Shown here: one piece after another, positions 48,035 to 58,330 of the stretch | Numbering within the stretch: the first letter of the stretch is position 1 | Layout: every line of letters starts with the position of its first letter | IMG/VR virus record: IMGVR_UViG_3300044951_001887 | Coordinates: 5,168 to 69,167 of that record | DNA length: 64,000 bases | From: a virus | Direction: 5' to 3' (one strand) | Translations under genes and position numbers: made by a program | Notes under the pieces: model-generated | The model's input: the letters and a program-made list of their open reading frames with translations, nothing else | What the model was told of the DNA's origin: nothing | Databases searched by the model: none

Positions 48035-48484
48035 ATGAAGGGTCAAATGCTCGCAAAAATGCTGTTAATTGCCACCTTGCGCCACGCCGGCCAGTTCGAC
48101 AAAGGCGGGCGTCCTTATATTTTGCATCCACTGAAGGTGATGCACTATTTGAAAACCGACGATGAGGAATTGCAGTGCATCGCTTTGGGTCACGATTTGA
48201 TCGAAGACACATTTGGCGACGTAATGGCTGGATTGCTTTTTCTGGTCGATGAAGGTTTCTCGGAGCGAGTCATTTGTGGCATTTACAACATGACCAAGAT
48301 TCCAGGCGAAAGCTACGAGGATTACAAAGAGCGAGTTATGGGGAGTGAGGATGCAACGCTTGTCAAAATGGCCGACCTTCGCCACAACTCGGACATTCGT
48401 CGTCTCAAGGGAATTGGAGTCAAGGATGTCGAAAGGTTGAAACGCTACAGTGAATTTTATATGGAATTGGAGGCAAATCAATGA
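48035..48484 (+). CDS. HD-domain (p)ppGpp hydrolase-like protein (small alarmone hydrolase/Mesh1-type)
   Basis: HAGQ.DK.G.PYILHP, GHDLIED, VKMADLRHN. Confidence 0.8.
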   Translation: MKGQMLAKMLLIATLRHAGQFDKGGRPYILHPLKVMHYLKTDDEELQCIALGHDLIEDTFGDVMAGLLFLVDEGFSERVICGIYNMTKIPGESYEDYKERVMGSEDATLVKMADLRHNSDIRRLKGIGVKDVERLKRYSEFYMELEANQ

Positions 48485-48660
48485 ACGGTTTAATCGCTTC
48501 CGCTTGGTTGGTCTTCAATCCCGTCCAGGTTGAATTGTTGGATCTTTCTTACAAGCCGTGTATGCAAATGTTTGAGGCTGCGAAGAAGAGCGGCAATCCG
48601 CACGACATGAACAGGGTCGTTTCTCTTTGTACGGCCAAAACATTCTCGGGGGAATTGTGA
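48481..48660 (+). CDS. Small hypothetical protein (59 aa, not in the ORF track)
   Basis: GGAGG RBS; overlaps both neighbours. Confidence 0.45.
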   Translation: MNGLIASAWLVFNPVQVELLDLSYKPCMQMFEAAKKSGNPHDMNRVVSLCTAKTFSGEL

Positions 48661-48959
48661 TGAAAATGAGAGTATCTGAACTGATTGGTGCTCAACTTGA
48701 TTGGGCAGTGGCTAAATGTATCGGGCGAGGTTATCCATACCCAGCATCAATTAATTGGGCAGTAGGTGGCCCGATCATCGAGAGGGAGCAAATTACCGTC
48801 GGCAGGGCGGACGTTGATGGTATTGCTTGGACCGCGTGGATGAGAACAGACATCGGTAAGTATTATGGGGATGGACCAACCCCACTCATCGCAGCCATGC
48901 GCTGCTACGTTTCGTCCAAGTTGGGCGATGAAGTTGAAATCCCGGAGGAACTACTGTGA
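48660..48959 (+). CDS. DUF2591/NinX-like phage protein
   Basis: L.GAQLDWAVAK, W..GGPIIERE.I, LIAAMRCYV.SKLG. Confidence 0.8.
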   Translation: MKMRVSELIGAQLDWAVAKCIGRGYPYPASINWAVGGPIIEREQITVGRADVDGIAWTAWMRTDIGKYYGDGPTPLIAAMRCYVSSKLGDEVEIPEELL

Positions 48960-49441
48960 ACAAATACGCCTGGTGGTACAACGTAGTTTTTCTTCTGCTG
49001 GAATTCATTCAGTCGATTATCGGGCTTTTGACATTCACGTTCTATCAGCCAAACTTCACGACTTCTTTCGCTCGATGGTTCGCCAGACACGTTGTTCAAA
49101 AATTCCATGCCAGTCTATAAGCGCATTTGGTTTCCAAACGCCACATCTATTGCCATCGTAAGGCAGTCGAAAGAATATTACTTTCATTCGGTATTTGTTG
49201 GCATCACGGCGCCGATTCTAAATCTGCCATACATGATTTGGAATTCGATTCTAATTCCTTTGGTTGAAGGCATTACTGTAGTGGCTATATCGGTACTTAG
49301 TACCTTCATTGCTGGAATTCGTGGAGATGTCGCCGGCATTGAAGAGGTCGAAGAAGGTTTGGACGAATAAGTCACTACTGACAATCCTACGTCAGACTGA
49401 AATAATGCGGTTGTCGCAACGAATGTGTGAAGGGGAATTAA

Positions 49442-50047
49442 ATGAGCCGTGTTATTTTGAGGTTGGATAATTGGAGTGTGAAGCGGGCGAGAAATCATCC
49501 GTTGTTGGTTGGGAAGAAGCATTTTGCGCGAGGCGCATTTTCTGCAATATTTGACGGAACGCGCAAGAATACCGTTTTGAAAATGACGGTTGATCCAATT
49601 TCTTACGGGATGTTGAATTGGTCATTTCCATACGTCAATCACCGTCACTTTCCGCGTGTCGTTAAAAACCACAGCGACATTGGCGAAGTCAGAATTAATG
49701 GCGAGAACTATCCCATTTTTCTGTACGAAATCGAGCGCTTGGAAAAGTTGAAGGTGGGCGGTGAGGCGAGAGCAACGGCCAAGCTCATTAAGACTTCGCT
49801 AATGCTGGCGAGCAATAGCACTCCGCTTTGGCAAAGAATTAATATTCCATATACAGAAATTGAAGCGGTTGCTCAAGATCGCGCTTTGCCAAAATCCATT
49901 CGCAATGCGATGGATCAGTTGTCTACATTTTGTTCGAACATCGGCGACGCTTTTTTCATCGATATGCACATGGCAAATTTCATGCAACGAAAGAATGGCG
50001 AACTGGTAATCAGCGACCCGTTGGCGAGCAAGGCGCTTTTGAAGTAA
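49442..50047 (+). CDS. Protein kinase-like protein (T7 gp0.7-like)
   Basis: RGAFSAIF, VLK, FPRV, DMHMANFM, ISDP. Confidence 0.7.
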   Translation: MSRVILRLDNWSVKRARNHPLLVGKKHFARGAFSAIFDGTRKNTVLKMTVDPISYGMLNWSFPYVNHRHFPRVVKNHSDIGEVRINGENYPIFLYEIERLEKLKVGGEARATAKLIKTSLMLASNSTPLWQRINIPYTEIEAVAQDRALPKSIRNAMDQLSTFCSNIGDAFFIDMHMANFMQRKNGELVISDPLASKALLK

Positions 50048-50108
50048 GGGCAACGCCCCAAACGTGAGGTCTTACAATACGTCATCGAAACTTTGAAAGG
50101 GCAAAATC

Positions 50109-50543
50109 ATGAACAAAACAGAAGCGACAAAAGCACTCTCCAGCACTGATGGTTTCTTTCGTCACTGGATGCCGTACTCGCAGCGAGTAGCGCTGACGCA
50201 GGCGCTAAAAGGCGAAGAGAGCAACTATTTCGTGAAACTGCTTTCCGTCCTCAAAGAGCAAATCGAAACCATGCCGAAGACTTACGATACTGACGGCACT
50301 GGTGATAATGCAGCGATTCATCTGCATTACTTTAGAGGCAGTGTTGATGCTTGGATTACCGAGAAAGATGTAGGTGATGCTGCAGATCCGTTCACGCAGC
50401 ACCAGGCGTTCGGCAAGATCACGCTCACCGGCGACAAAGAAGATGCTGAGTTTGGCTATATCTCGATTCAAGAACTGATCGACAACGGGGTGGAGCTGGA
50501 TCTTCACTGGACGCCGATGACGCTGGCAGACCTTCATGACTGA
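50109..50543 (+). CDS. Hypothetical protein (DUF2958-like)
   Basis: HYF..WITE..AFG..EFGYISIQEL..ELDLHW. Confidence 0.6.
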   Translation: MNKTEATKALSSTDGFFRHWMPYSQRVALTQALKGEESNYFVKLLSVLKEQIETMPKTYDTDGTGDNAAIHLHYFRGSVDAWITEKDVGDAADPFTQHQAFGKITLTGDKEDAEFGYISIQELIDNGVELDLHWTPMTLADLHD

Positions 50544-50684
50544 GCAAGATCGCGAAGAATTCATCCTTTACTTACGCGCTTGCACTGATGCGCAACTTCA
50601 AGGCGTTCTCGAAAAAGAAAGAAAGGCAGCGAGACATGAGTGTGTAAGTCTCGTTAAGGACGAAATTCAAAAAAGGGAATCGAA

Positions 50685-51140
50685 GTGAAAGCCAAAAATA
50701 AAGGTTATTTCGACCGTGACAACAATCCAATCACGAAAGAAGCGTGGTTGGCTTTTCGGTTAGATCCATCTTATTTATCTATTCGTCTCTATGACAACGA
50801 AGTCGTCCATCTCGAATTGCTTTGGCATGGGGTGGTTGATAATCCGAATCTCACTTTTCCAAGTATGTATCCGCTGTTTTACATGGTCGTGATGAATTAC
50901 AACGGCGAAGGGAAAGCGGTTCCCGATCCGGTTGAAAATGGCAAATCATACGCCACCATCGAACTCGGTATCGCGGCTTATGAGAAGTTTCTGGAGCGGT
51001 GGACGAATTCTTCTAAAGAGGAAGGTGTCTTTGTCGAGAAAGACAACCTGCTGACACCACCGCCACCACCGAATCCCGATGCGCCGGCGGCAAAAGCCGA
51101 ATACAAGAATGTCGAGATTGACGACTGCGGCGCCTGGTGA
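50685..51140 (+). CDS. Hypothetical protein, C-terminus DCGAW
   Basis: 151-aa ORF with a poly-Pro linker. Confidence 0.55.
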   Translation: MKAKNKGYFDRDNNPITKEAWLAFRLDPSYLSIRLYDNEVVHLELLWHGVVDNPNLTFPSMYPLFYMVVMNYNGEGKAVPDPVENGKSYATIELGIAAYEKFLERWTNSSKEEGVFVEKDNLLTPPPPPNPDAPAAKAEYKNVEIDDCGAW

Positions 51141-51592
51141 TGTATGGCCGTAGTCCCGCATAGGCATGTAAACGCAAAGTTTTATGTATGGCCGTATTCC
51201 CATATAGGCGTGCAGGCGTAGATATAAAAGTACGGACGAATTCAGTCCCTTCGCCTTTGCAGTTTGCGCTCCAAGGCGCAGCCTAATCCTCAGTTCAAAA
51301 CAGCCTAAATAATCTATTGACACGCCAACCTGGCGTTTCTATTCGCGCATCGCGTCTATTGACAATAGGTCGCGCGGATTAGGCGGGTTATTAGGCAACC
51401 GTTAATGCCAACGGCAGTTCCTACGTGTGGTTCTCATAATGAACACATCGAAAAGCAGCGCGAGAAACAAAACGAATTAGCAAGCGGTTGAAAGGTTGCC
51501 AAGCGAATAGCTGACCATCCTCAAATCGGTTGTCAAAATTCATTCATCGCAAAGCGAAGCGATATTTCAACCACTACGAAAGGAAATGCCAA

Positions 51593-52531
51593 ATGACCAC
51601 GAAAAAATCCCGCAAGACCCCCGCCGCCAACCAGTTCAACATGCAACTGTCGGTGCCTGAAATCGATCTGAGTGCCGATGACGCAGCGCTTGCAGCGTTC
51701 TTGGCAGACGACGGGTTTGACGATCTTGGCGAAGAACTCGCAGCGCCGCCTGAGTCGATCGAAATTGACATCGATGATGAAGCGTCCATCGAAGCTGCTA
51801 TCGCCGAACTCGATGCCCCCTCAATTTACGATGACCAGCCGGCGCCCGAAGCGATCAGCGCAGCCGATGCGCCTTTGACCGAACCTGACGCCATCGACAA
51901 GAAAGCGAAAGCGCCGAAGAAAGCGAAAGCGCCGAAAGCTGCGAAAGAACCCAAAGCGCCGAAGGTTGCGAAAGAACCGAAAGAACCCAAAGCGCCGAAA
52001 GAACCCGCTGCGCCTCGCGTGACTTACGTCGGCAATGACCCGAGCGTCGTTCTTGCCAACCGTCTCGGTGCTGACATGGGTGAAATGCTGCTCTTGGAAG
52101 CGAGTGACATCGAACTCGACGCCGAAGCGATCACCGCCAAGCAGACTGAACTCATGGCGCTGATGGACGTTCGCCCCAAAGCTGATCGCGGTACTGACCC
52201 GAGCGATGGCCCGACAACGCAGAAGAAAGTGGCAGAAAAAATTGTCATGCTCTTTGGTTGGATGCGAAAGGGTGGTTCGCTCAATGAGGTCATGCGCCGA
52301 ACCTTCTCGGTTTTGGCCCGCGACGGGTTCATCACTTCTGGCACGAAGGGCAACCTCCATGCTGAGCTTCTCGCCAAGCCGTACAGCGATGGCACTTGTC
52401 GCGCCCAAGCAGGGCAGATGTACGAAATGCTGCCGATGCTGAAAATTGCCACGCTCAGCGAAAAGGGCAAGTTCGTCGCCAATCCCGAAAGTCTGATTCT
52501 GATGAAGGTCAAGGCAGAACTCGGTCTGTAA
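51593..52531 (+). CDS. Protein with an acidic N-terminus and a histone H1-like KAPK/KEPK linker
   Basis: Amino-acid composition; AAGGA RBS. Confidence 0.7.
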   Translation: MTTKKSRKTPAANQFNMQLSVPEIDLSADDAALAAFLADDGFDDLGEELAAPPESIEIDIDDEASIEAAIAELDAPSIYDDQPAPEAISAADAPLTEPDAIDKKAKAPKKAKAPKAAKEPKAPKVAKEPKEPKAPKEPAAPRVTYVGNDPSVVLANRLGADMGEMLLLEASDIELDAEAITAKQTELMALMDVRPKADRGTDPSDGPTTQKKVAEKIVMLFGWMRKGGSLNEVMRRTFSVLARDGFITSGTKGNLHAELLAKPYSDGTCRAQAGQMYEMLPMLKIATLSEKGKFVANPESLILMKVKAELGL

Positions 52532-52606
52532 CCCAAGATGGGCGAAAGCCCATCCAAACGTGAGCTTATCAAGGTCGGCTCACTTTTGGATCAACCTGGA
52601 GATAAT

Positions 52607-52936
52607 ATGAATTTGAGCAAATTGGCTTTGTTGTCTACTGATGCGCTGACCGTCATGCAATCGGCAATCAAAGACATTCTGGCGTCTCGCTTGGACACGA
52701 CGCTGCGAATCGGTCGAATTGGCAGGTTCCCGTATGACGGCACACATCGGACGATCATGATCGAAAGAATTAATGGCAAAACGGTTTCAGGTCGCGAGAT
52801 TGGAACGTCAGTCAAACCCGGTTCGAAATGGCGGGTATCGAAAAGCGTTGTCGAAATCGTCGGTGAGGAACGCAAGGTTCCCCTTCCGACTAAACCGCTG
52901 GCTGAGCATAAACCGGCTCAAGGTGGCGACTGGTAA
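52607..52936 (+). CDS. Hypothetical protein, C-terminus GGDW
   Basis: GGAG RBS. Confidence 0.55.
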   Translation: MNLSKLALLSTDALTVMQSAIKDILASRLDTTLRIGRIGRFPYDGTHRTIMIERINGKTVSGREIGTSVKPGSKWRVSKSVVEIVGEERKVPLPTKPLAEHKPAQGGDW

Positions 52937-52967
52937 AAGAACTCGTAGTGGGGTGATGTTGGTCTTT

Positions 52968-52989
52968 GGGAGCTTCGGCTCCCTTTTTT
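52968..52989 (+). terminator. Rho-independent terminator
   Basis: GGGAGC-TTCG-GCTCCC-TTTTTT. Confidence 0.9.
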
Positions 52990-53273
52990 GATTATTCGAC
53001 AAAGCCAAGGCATTCGCGAATATCGAACGCCAAAGGTTCGGGTTTCGACCAGTTCGGTAAATTGAAACCATCGAAGCCCGTCTGCCTGCGACTACGATGC
53101 GCTACAGTCTATTAAATCGGTGCGGGTAAGGGTAAGGGCAGGGTAATAACGCGGAGCGCTTAAATCGCGTTATAGAGCTTCGGTTGGCAAGATTACGGAC
53201 GCCTGTGAACTACCGACTCAAGCCTACAACCGGTGGTCAAAATTCATCTGTCGAAACGAACACGGAGAATCAG

Positions 53274-53768
53274 ATGAAAAACCCGAAAGTGGAAAGCGAG
53301 ACTTTGGTGGAATACAAAGTCGATTTGAATGGCGAAGATCAGATCATCGCGAAAGCGTTGGAAATTCTGCATCGTCGAATGACGAAGTTTGGCGATTCGA
53401 TGAGTTCGCCAACGGTTGTTCGCAATTACCTGTCGCTGAAACTGGCCGAATTGGAACATGAAGTGTTCGCCTGTATTTTCTTGAATTCGCAGAATCAGGT
53501 GATCGCCTACGAAGAAATGTTTCGCGGCACACTGACACAGGCTTCAGTCTATCCACGCGAGGTTGTCAAGCGGGCGTTGGCCCTGAATGCTTGCGGCGCG
53601 ATTCTCGCCCACAATCACCCGTCAGGCGTCAACGAACCCAGTCAAGCCGACCGTTGGCTGACCGATCAACTGAAAGCGGCGTTGGGGTTGGTGGACGTGA
53701 AGGTTTTGGACCACATCATCATCGCGGGCGCCACCAGCTTGTCTTTTGCTGAAAGAGGCTGGGTTTAA
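53274..53768 (+). CDS. radC: RadC-like JAB domain protein
   Basis: EVF..LN, VYPREV, AHNHPSG..PS.AD, LDHII. Confidence 0.92.
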   Translation: MKNPKVESETLVEYKVDLNGEDQIIAKALEILHRRMTKFGDSMSSPTVVRNYLSLKLAELEHEVFACIFLNSQNQVIAYEEMFRGTLTQASVYPREVVKRALALNACGAILAHNHPSGVNEPSQADRWLTDQLKAALGLVDVKVLDHIIIAGATSLSFAERGWV

Positions 53769-53853
53769 GGATAAGTCACCGGTGACGGTCACAAGCCTGT
53801 GACTGTCGCTCACAATATGTTTTCGCTGTTAAACCTCAAGGAGAAACAAAACC

Positions 53854-54393
53854 ATGTTGAAAAAACTCGCAATCGCCATCGCTTCTGCATTTGGCTTGAC
53901 TCTGGTCAACAAGACTCAAGCGAAGGTCGCAAAGGTCCAAATTGCAAAGGTTGCCGAAGCGCGCGCGATCAAAATCCTGAAGCATCCAAAGCTTGCCGAA
54001 GGGCGCATCAAGCGTGAAGCATGGAGGGATAGAGGCTACGTCTATGGCCCTGAAGCGGGCGAACACATGACGGTGCGCCAATTCTTGAATCATGCAATCG
54101 GTAGACCGCTCATTGCGGCCAACCCGAAGACGGTTAATCAACTCAAAGCCAACAACGCCGGCGTGACTTTGGCGACGTGCGCTCGGCGCTTTTCTCATCG
54201 CAATGGCGTGAAAGTCAATAGTGTCAACCCTCATTTCCGAAGCACTTTTTCTCACGTTCGGACGTACCACCCCAGCGCTTTGCGTGAGGCGTTCGAGTTC
54301 ATTTACACCGGCAAGCTGACTGCTGCTGAAATTCGCGAGGCGGTTCGCTTTGACGCATCCAAGCTGACCATCGTCCCGAAATTGGCGGCGTAA
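53854..54393 (+). CDS. Basic hypothetical protein
   Basis: AAGGAG RBS; own promoter module. Confidence 0.6.
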   Translation: MLKKLAIAIASAFGLTLVNKTQAKVAKVQIAKVAEARAIKILKHPKLAEGRIKREAWRDRGYVYGPEAGEHMTVRQFLNHAIGRPLIAANPKTVNQLKANNAGVTLATCARRFSHRNGVKVNSVNPHFRSTFSHVRTYHPSALREAFEFIYTGKLTAAEIREAVRFDASKLTIVPKLAA

Positions 54394-54473
54394 AGATAAG
54401 TCACAAGTGACGGTCACAAGCCTACAGGTGATCGTCACAATGAAATCTCTGAAACGAAACGAAGGGAACCAAA

Positions 54474-54905
54474 ATGTGGACTAAGGACAGCATTCAGAAT
54501 CTTCTGTCTTCCAGCGACAAAGCGGTCGCTCGGGCGGTTGTTGCCATCTACGCAAGACAGACCAACGACGAACAGGCAACCGAATCGACGCGACACACGA
54601 ACGGCGCTGGCTTCAATCACGCCGATGCTCAGCGTGGCAGCTACTACGCCACCTATGTTCAGCGTACCGGTCGCCTCACCGGGCGCCATCTCGAACTCGC
54701 CCGCAAGATGGTTGGCAAGTATTGGCGACAACTCGCTGAAATCGCGAACGAGAAGGCGGCGCCAGCCGTAGAGCCTGACGCGGGCAACATCGAAGAGGCG
54801 ATGCTGGCCGATGCCGAAATGAACGCGATCATTCAGATGGCTGAAATCGAAGAAGAGCGTCAACGTCAAGCCTACAAGCTCGCCCGCGATGGCGTTAATT
54901 GGTAA
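54474..54905 (+). CDS. Hypothetical protein, C-terminus GVNW
   Basis: Follows a repeat module; RQT.DEQ..T..NG.GF..DA. Confidence 0.65.
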   Translation: MWTKDSIQNLLSSSDKAVARAVVAIYARQTNDEQATESTRHTNGAGFNHADAQRGSYYATYVQRTGRLTGRHLELARKMVGKYWRQLAEIANEKAAPAVEPDAGNIEEAMLADAEMNAIIQMAEIEEERQRQAYKLARDGVNW

Positions 54906-54989
54906 GTGTAAGGATAAGTCAGACGTGACTATAGTCCAGCCTATGTCTGACGGTCACAATGAAGTCTCTGAAACGAAACGAGGTGGCAA

Positions 54990-55355
54990 ATGAACACGCA
55001 AAAGATGTCGAACCTGACGCCGGAAGAGGAATTCAGTCTCTTCGGACAGCTCAGTCGAGCCAATACGGAAATGCTGCTCGACTCATACGCGACGGTAGGC
55101 GAGGGTGGCGTCGACGATGTGCCGGCTCATATTCATGAGGCATTGGCGCAGTACCCCGCAGAGGATTTCCTGGCCGATGTGGTTCAGCGAATTCATGAAG
55201 TGGCGAAAAGGGTGCGTGGCGACAATCGCGCGACTTTGATTGGAATTGCCGAAGCGCTTGATGATATTTCCATGACGACGATGAATGCCGTTGGATATGG
55301 ACAAAGCGAACTTCATGTTGCGTTAAACAAGATTGAGCCGACTTTGGCAAAGTAA
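54990..55355 (+). CDS. Hypothetical protein
   Basis: GAGGT RBS in the repeat module. Confidence 0.6.
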   Translation: MNTQKMSNLTPEEEFSLFGQLSRANTEMLLDSYATVGEGGVDDVPAHIHEALAQYPAEDFLADVVQRIHEVAKRVRGDNRATLIGIAEALDDISMTTMNAVGYGQSELHVALNKIEPTLAK

Positions 55356-55426
55356 TGTTTGCATTATGCGATCCTATAAACGACGGTCAAAATACCTTAT
55401 CGAAACCAGAAAACGAAAGGATTGAA

Positions 55427-55615
55427 ATGTTCAAAATACTCAGACGTTATTACGCCAATGGCCGCAAACGCACTGTTAAAACCAATGTGACTTTCGCACA
55501 GGCGCAGGCGCATTGTCAAAGCTCCGAATCCGCTTCTTATACCTGCAATTCGGCAGCGGCCAAGCGCATCACAAAAACGCATGGCGTTTGGTCTGACTAT
55601 TACGAAAGGATGTAA
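55427..55615 (+). CDS. Small hypothetical protein
   Basis: AAGGA RBS. Confidence 0.55.
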   Translation: MFKILRRYYANGRKRTVKTNVTFAQAQAHCQSSESASYTCNSAAAKRITKTHGVWSDYYERM

Positions 55616-55617
55616 TC

Positions 55618-55797
55618 ATGGAATTCAAGCTCAATTTTTCAACCAACAATGCCGCCTTTGATGAAAACGTAAATGGCGAAATTAGCCGCATTCTGCGCGA
55701 AATCGCCGATCGAATCGAAAATGGCGAAAGTTTCGACAAGTGTCGGAACATTTTCGAGGCTAATGGCAATATCGTTGGCGTTTTCTCGCTCAAATGA
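55618..55797 (+). CDS. Small hypothetical protein (59 aa, not in the ORF track)
   Basis: MEFKLNFSTNNAAFDEN..; AAGGA RBS. Confidence 0.55.
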   Translation: MEFKLNFSTNNAAFDENVNGEISRILREIADRIENGESFDKCRNIFEANGNIVGVFSLK

Positions 55798-55982
55798 AAG
55801 GACGTAATGTGCGTGAACAGCGACCGGTATATGTAACCCTATCCTGTAATCATGAATTGATGCCTGAAAGCAAGGTCGAAATTCTCGACATTGAAGAGGA
55901 TATTCTTGGACAGGATCTTCTGACATTTAAATGCCCCGAATGTGGCGAAGCTCATAAGGCATATCGAATCGCGCCAAGGTAA
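55794..55982 (+). CDS. Small Zn-ribbon protein
   Basis: CPECG; ATGA overlap. Confidence 0.5.
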   Translation: MKGRNVREQRPVYVTLSCNHELMPESKVEILDIEEDILGQDLLTFKCPECGEAHKAYRIAPR

Positions 55983-56046
55983 TTCAGACTCAAGCCTATA
56001 AACGGCATTCATAATGAAGTCTCTGAAACGAAACGAGGTAAATGAA

Positions 56047-56301
56047 ATGGCGAATACGATCAAAGTTGCTCGCAATGGCGAGAAGCATGTCGAATTGCTC
56101 CGCCTGGCATTTAATGCAGTCTGTAACCCGAACGATTGGAAGGCGCCCGTTGATGCGATCGTGCCTTTTGAAGCTGCGTCAATGTATTACGACGCCATTG
56201 TTTTCGTCACCGGTACGACGCCTAAGTCTGAACGCACTGTGGATGGCAACATGAGACTGATGGCTATCGGTTATCGCGCTGGCCCTTGTGGGGATCACTG
56301 A
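56047..56301 (+). CDS. Hypothetical protein
   Basis: GAGGT RBS in the repeat module. Confidence 0.6.
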   Translation: MANTIKVARNGEKHVELLRLAFNAVCNPNDWKAPVDAIVPFEAASMYYDAIVFVTGTTPKSERTVDGNMRLMAIGYRAGPCGDH

Positions 56302-56450
56302 TGTCATTCCAAAGAATGTGCGCGCTCTTGGCGGCAAAGAACTGTTACGAGAGCGGGCAAAGCGTCAGACAAATTGCCGATAGCGCCAAGAAATCACCTA
56401 CCACCATTCGACGCTGGCTGAAGCAGGCCGGCGCCAGGAGACAAGCATGA
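56301..56450 (+). CDS. Small HTH protein (49 aa)
   Basis: GQSVRQIA....SPTTIRRWLK; coupled to both neighbours. Confidence 0.55.
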   Translation: MSFQRMCALLAAKNCYESGQSVRQIADSAKKSPTTIRRWLKQAGARRQA

Positions 56451-56746
56451 AAAGACCTTCACTTCCAAAAGCTTATGATCGATTTGGATCAAGCATGGGT
56501 CGCGACGATGGCGTTTACGAACCCGATGCCGCCATTCAGTTCAACCTTTACAGATTGGAAATCAAGCAAGGTTATGACGCCGGCGGCGCGTACTGGGGCG
56601 ATGGCAGTTACAAGACCGGCGTGATGTACCGCGCCTACGGCGACGGCCCCGAATGGCGCAACGAAATGTTCGTTCGGGCCACTTCAAGGGAAGAGGCGAA
56701 AAAGCAGGTTTTGGCGAAATTCAAAAACGCGACATTTTACCGCTGA
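56447..56746 (+). CDS. Hypothetical protein
   Basis: GSSMGR, GYD.GGAYWG; AGGAG RBS. Confidence 0.65.
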   Translation: MKRPSLPKAYDRFGSSMGRDDGVYEPDAAIQFNLYRLEIKQGYDAGGAYWGDGSYKTGVMYRAYGDGPEWRNEMFVRATSREEAKKQVLAKFKNATFYR

Positions 56747-56802
56747 CGCGCCTAAGTCAGTAGTGAATAATGAAGTCTCTGAAACGAAGCGAGGTAAACG
56801 AA

Positions 56803-57141
56803 ATGGCAAAGACCCCAAAAAGCGTAGTTGCACTGATGGCGAATCAGCAAGCGCTGATGGATCACATCACTGAAGTTCTGCGCGTCAAGCGCGAAACGCC
56901 GATCGAGTATCAAGCCAGTCACGTTCGCGACAAGTCGGAAGAGTATTACATCGGCTTGGCTGACGGGACGAACTCAATGTTGGAAAACGCGCTGCACCAA
57001 CACAAATGCTACGCGGGCTTTTCCTACATGGGCGCGACGAAGAAGAACTGGGATGGATCTTCGCACTGTCAATCGACCGGGCCTGGCAAGCCTGACTACG
57101 CTGAGTGGCGCCGTCTTTACTACACGAACGGGGTGGCGTGA
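56803..57141 (+). CDS. Hypothetical protein
   Basis: RBS in the repeat module. Confidence 0.6.
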   Translation: MAKTPKSVVALMANQQALMDHITEVLRVKRETPIEYQASHVRDKSEEYYIGLADGTNSMLENALHQHKCYAGFSYMGATKKNWDGSSHCQSTGPGKPDYAEWRRLYYTNGVA

Positions 57142-57374
57142 TGTCTGACAAGATACTCAAGATAGGCGACACCGTCGTATGGCGGGCGATGTTCGGAACC
57201 GCTTTGCCGCTTCACGCCAAGATCAAAGGAATCACGCTTTGCGAATCGGAGCGCATGAAGTCGGGCATCGAAGTAGGCGAGGCATTTTGGAAAGAAAAGA
57301 ATCGTCTTTGTGTCGGCTTGACCAATGGCAGTTGGGCCTACGGTTATCAAATATCACCCATAAGTGAGGCATAA
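57141..57374 (+). CDS. Hypothetical protein
   Basis: TGATG coupling. Confidence 0.55.
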   Translation: MSDKILKIGDTVVWRAMFGTALPLHAKIKGITLCESERMKSGIEVGEAFWKEKNRLCVGLTNGSWAYGYQISPISEA

Positions 57375-57557
57375 ATGAAAAGTCAAAAGCAGATTTACTA
57401 CAGTGAGGCCCGCAAGTTGTCTGAAACGAACGACTCATTTCTAGAATTGGCTAAAGACATGACGCGGGAAGAGTTGGCTCGAAACATCGAGCGTAGGCCC
57501 AGTCTTTGGGGGCGCTTCGCGAATTGGCTGAACGTCTTACCTAGCGCAATAGGCTAA
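57375..57557 (+). CDS. Small hypothetical protein
   Basis: GAGG RBS. Confidence 0.5.
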   Translation: MKSQKQIYYSEARKLSETNDSFLELAKDMTREELARNIERRPSLWGRFANWLNVLPSAIG

Positions 57558-57633
57558 GTCACAAGTGACGGTCACAAGCCTATAAACGGCATTCATAATG
57601 AAGTCTCTGAAACGAAACGAAGCGAGAAATCAA

Positions 57634-57948
57634 ATGTACGCCAAAGCAGCGCAAGACCTGATCGACGCCATGAGCCGTATCGGTTTGGAAGTTGATGTCG
57701 CGATTTGTTGCGATACGCGCTATCGCCAAGATTCCGATGGCTTGCAGATCGCAGGCACGATCGCGGGAACGGACGGCTTCAGCATCAGCGTTTGCGAGTA
57801 TTGGGCGCATCCTGGCATACCCTGCTACTTCGTCAATTGGAGCCGCAACGGTTCTTTTGAATACAACATGGGCACGCCTTTCATCGAAAAGGCGCTGTTC
57901 GACATCGGCGGGGTGGTGCATTTCGCATACTCTTGCAAGAAGTCCTAA
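57634..57948 (+). CDS. Hypothetical protein
   Basis: Follows a repeat module. Confidence 0.55.
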   Translation: MYAKAAQDLIDAMSRIGLEVDVAICCDTRYRQDSDGLQIAGTIAGTDGFSISVCEYWAHPGIPCYFVNWSRNGSFEYNMGTPFIEKALFDIGGVVHFAYSCKKS

Positions 57949-58017
57949 GTCAGTAGTGACGGGCCAATAATCCGTCATTACAATGAAGTCTCTGAAACGA
58001 AGCAAAGCGAGGCAAAA

Positions 58018-58275
58018 ATGAACCATCTTGGAATCGATGTCGAAACAAAGGACAAGTTCAAGGTCATCGCGCGGTTGTCCAAGCTGAAGACAACCCGAGC
58101 CGTCACTGATGGCGGGATGTATCACGAAGACCTGAGCTACAGCCAAATTCAGATCGACACCGATTGGACTGAGGCTGAGCTGGAAGATTGGCTCTATCGG
58201 ACGAAGGGTATTGAGTACGTCGGCACATTCGTTCGCGACGCCTGCAAAACGGAAAACAGCCTAAGTCACAACTGA
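58018..58275 (+). CDS. Hypothetical protein
   Basis: Follows a repeat module. Confidence 0.6.
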   Translation: MNHLGIDVETKDKFKVIARLSKLKTTRAVTDGGMYHEDLSYSQIQIDTDWTEAELEDWLYRTKGIEYVGTFVRDACKTENSLSHN

Positions 58276-58330
58276 CTAGCCAACAAAGGGACTTCATAAT
58301 GAAGTCTCTGAAACGAACCGAGGTAACAAA

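Larger units (their letters stand above)
54396..58330 (+). repeat. Dispersed promoter/RBS module CA(C/T)AATGAAGTCTCTGAAACGAA.CGA, 7 copies, each preceding a small gene
   Basis: Copies near 54436, 54955, 56010, 56766, 57594, 57979, 58295. Confidence 0.9.

Noticed and set aside
54396-58330. CRISPR array suggested by the recurring ~28-bp repeat
   Set aside because: The spacing is 300-1000 bp, the intervals contain genes, and no cas genes are present; the repeats carry -10 and RBS elements
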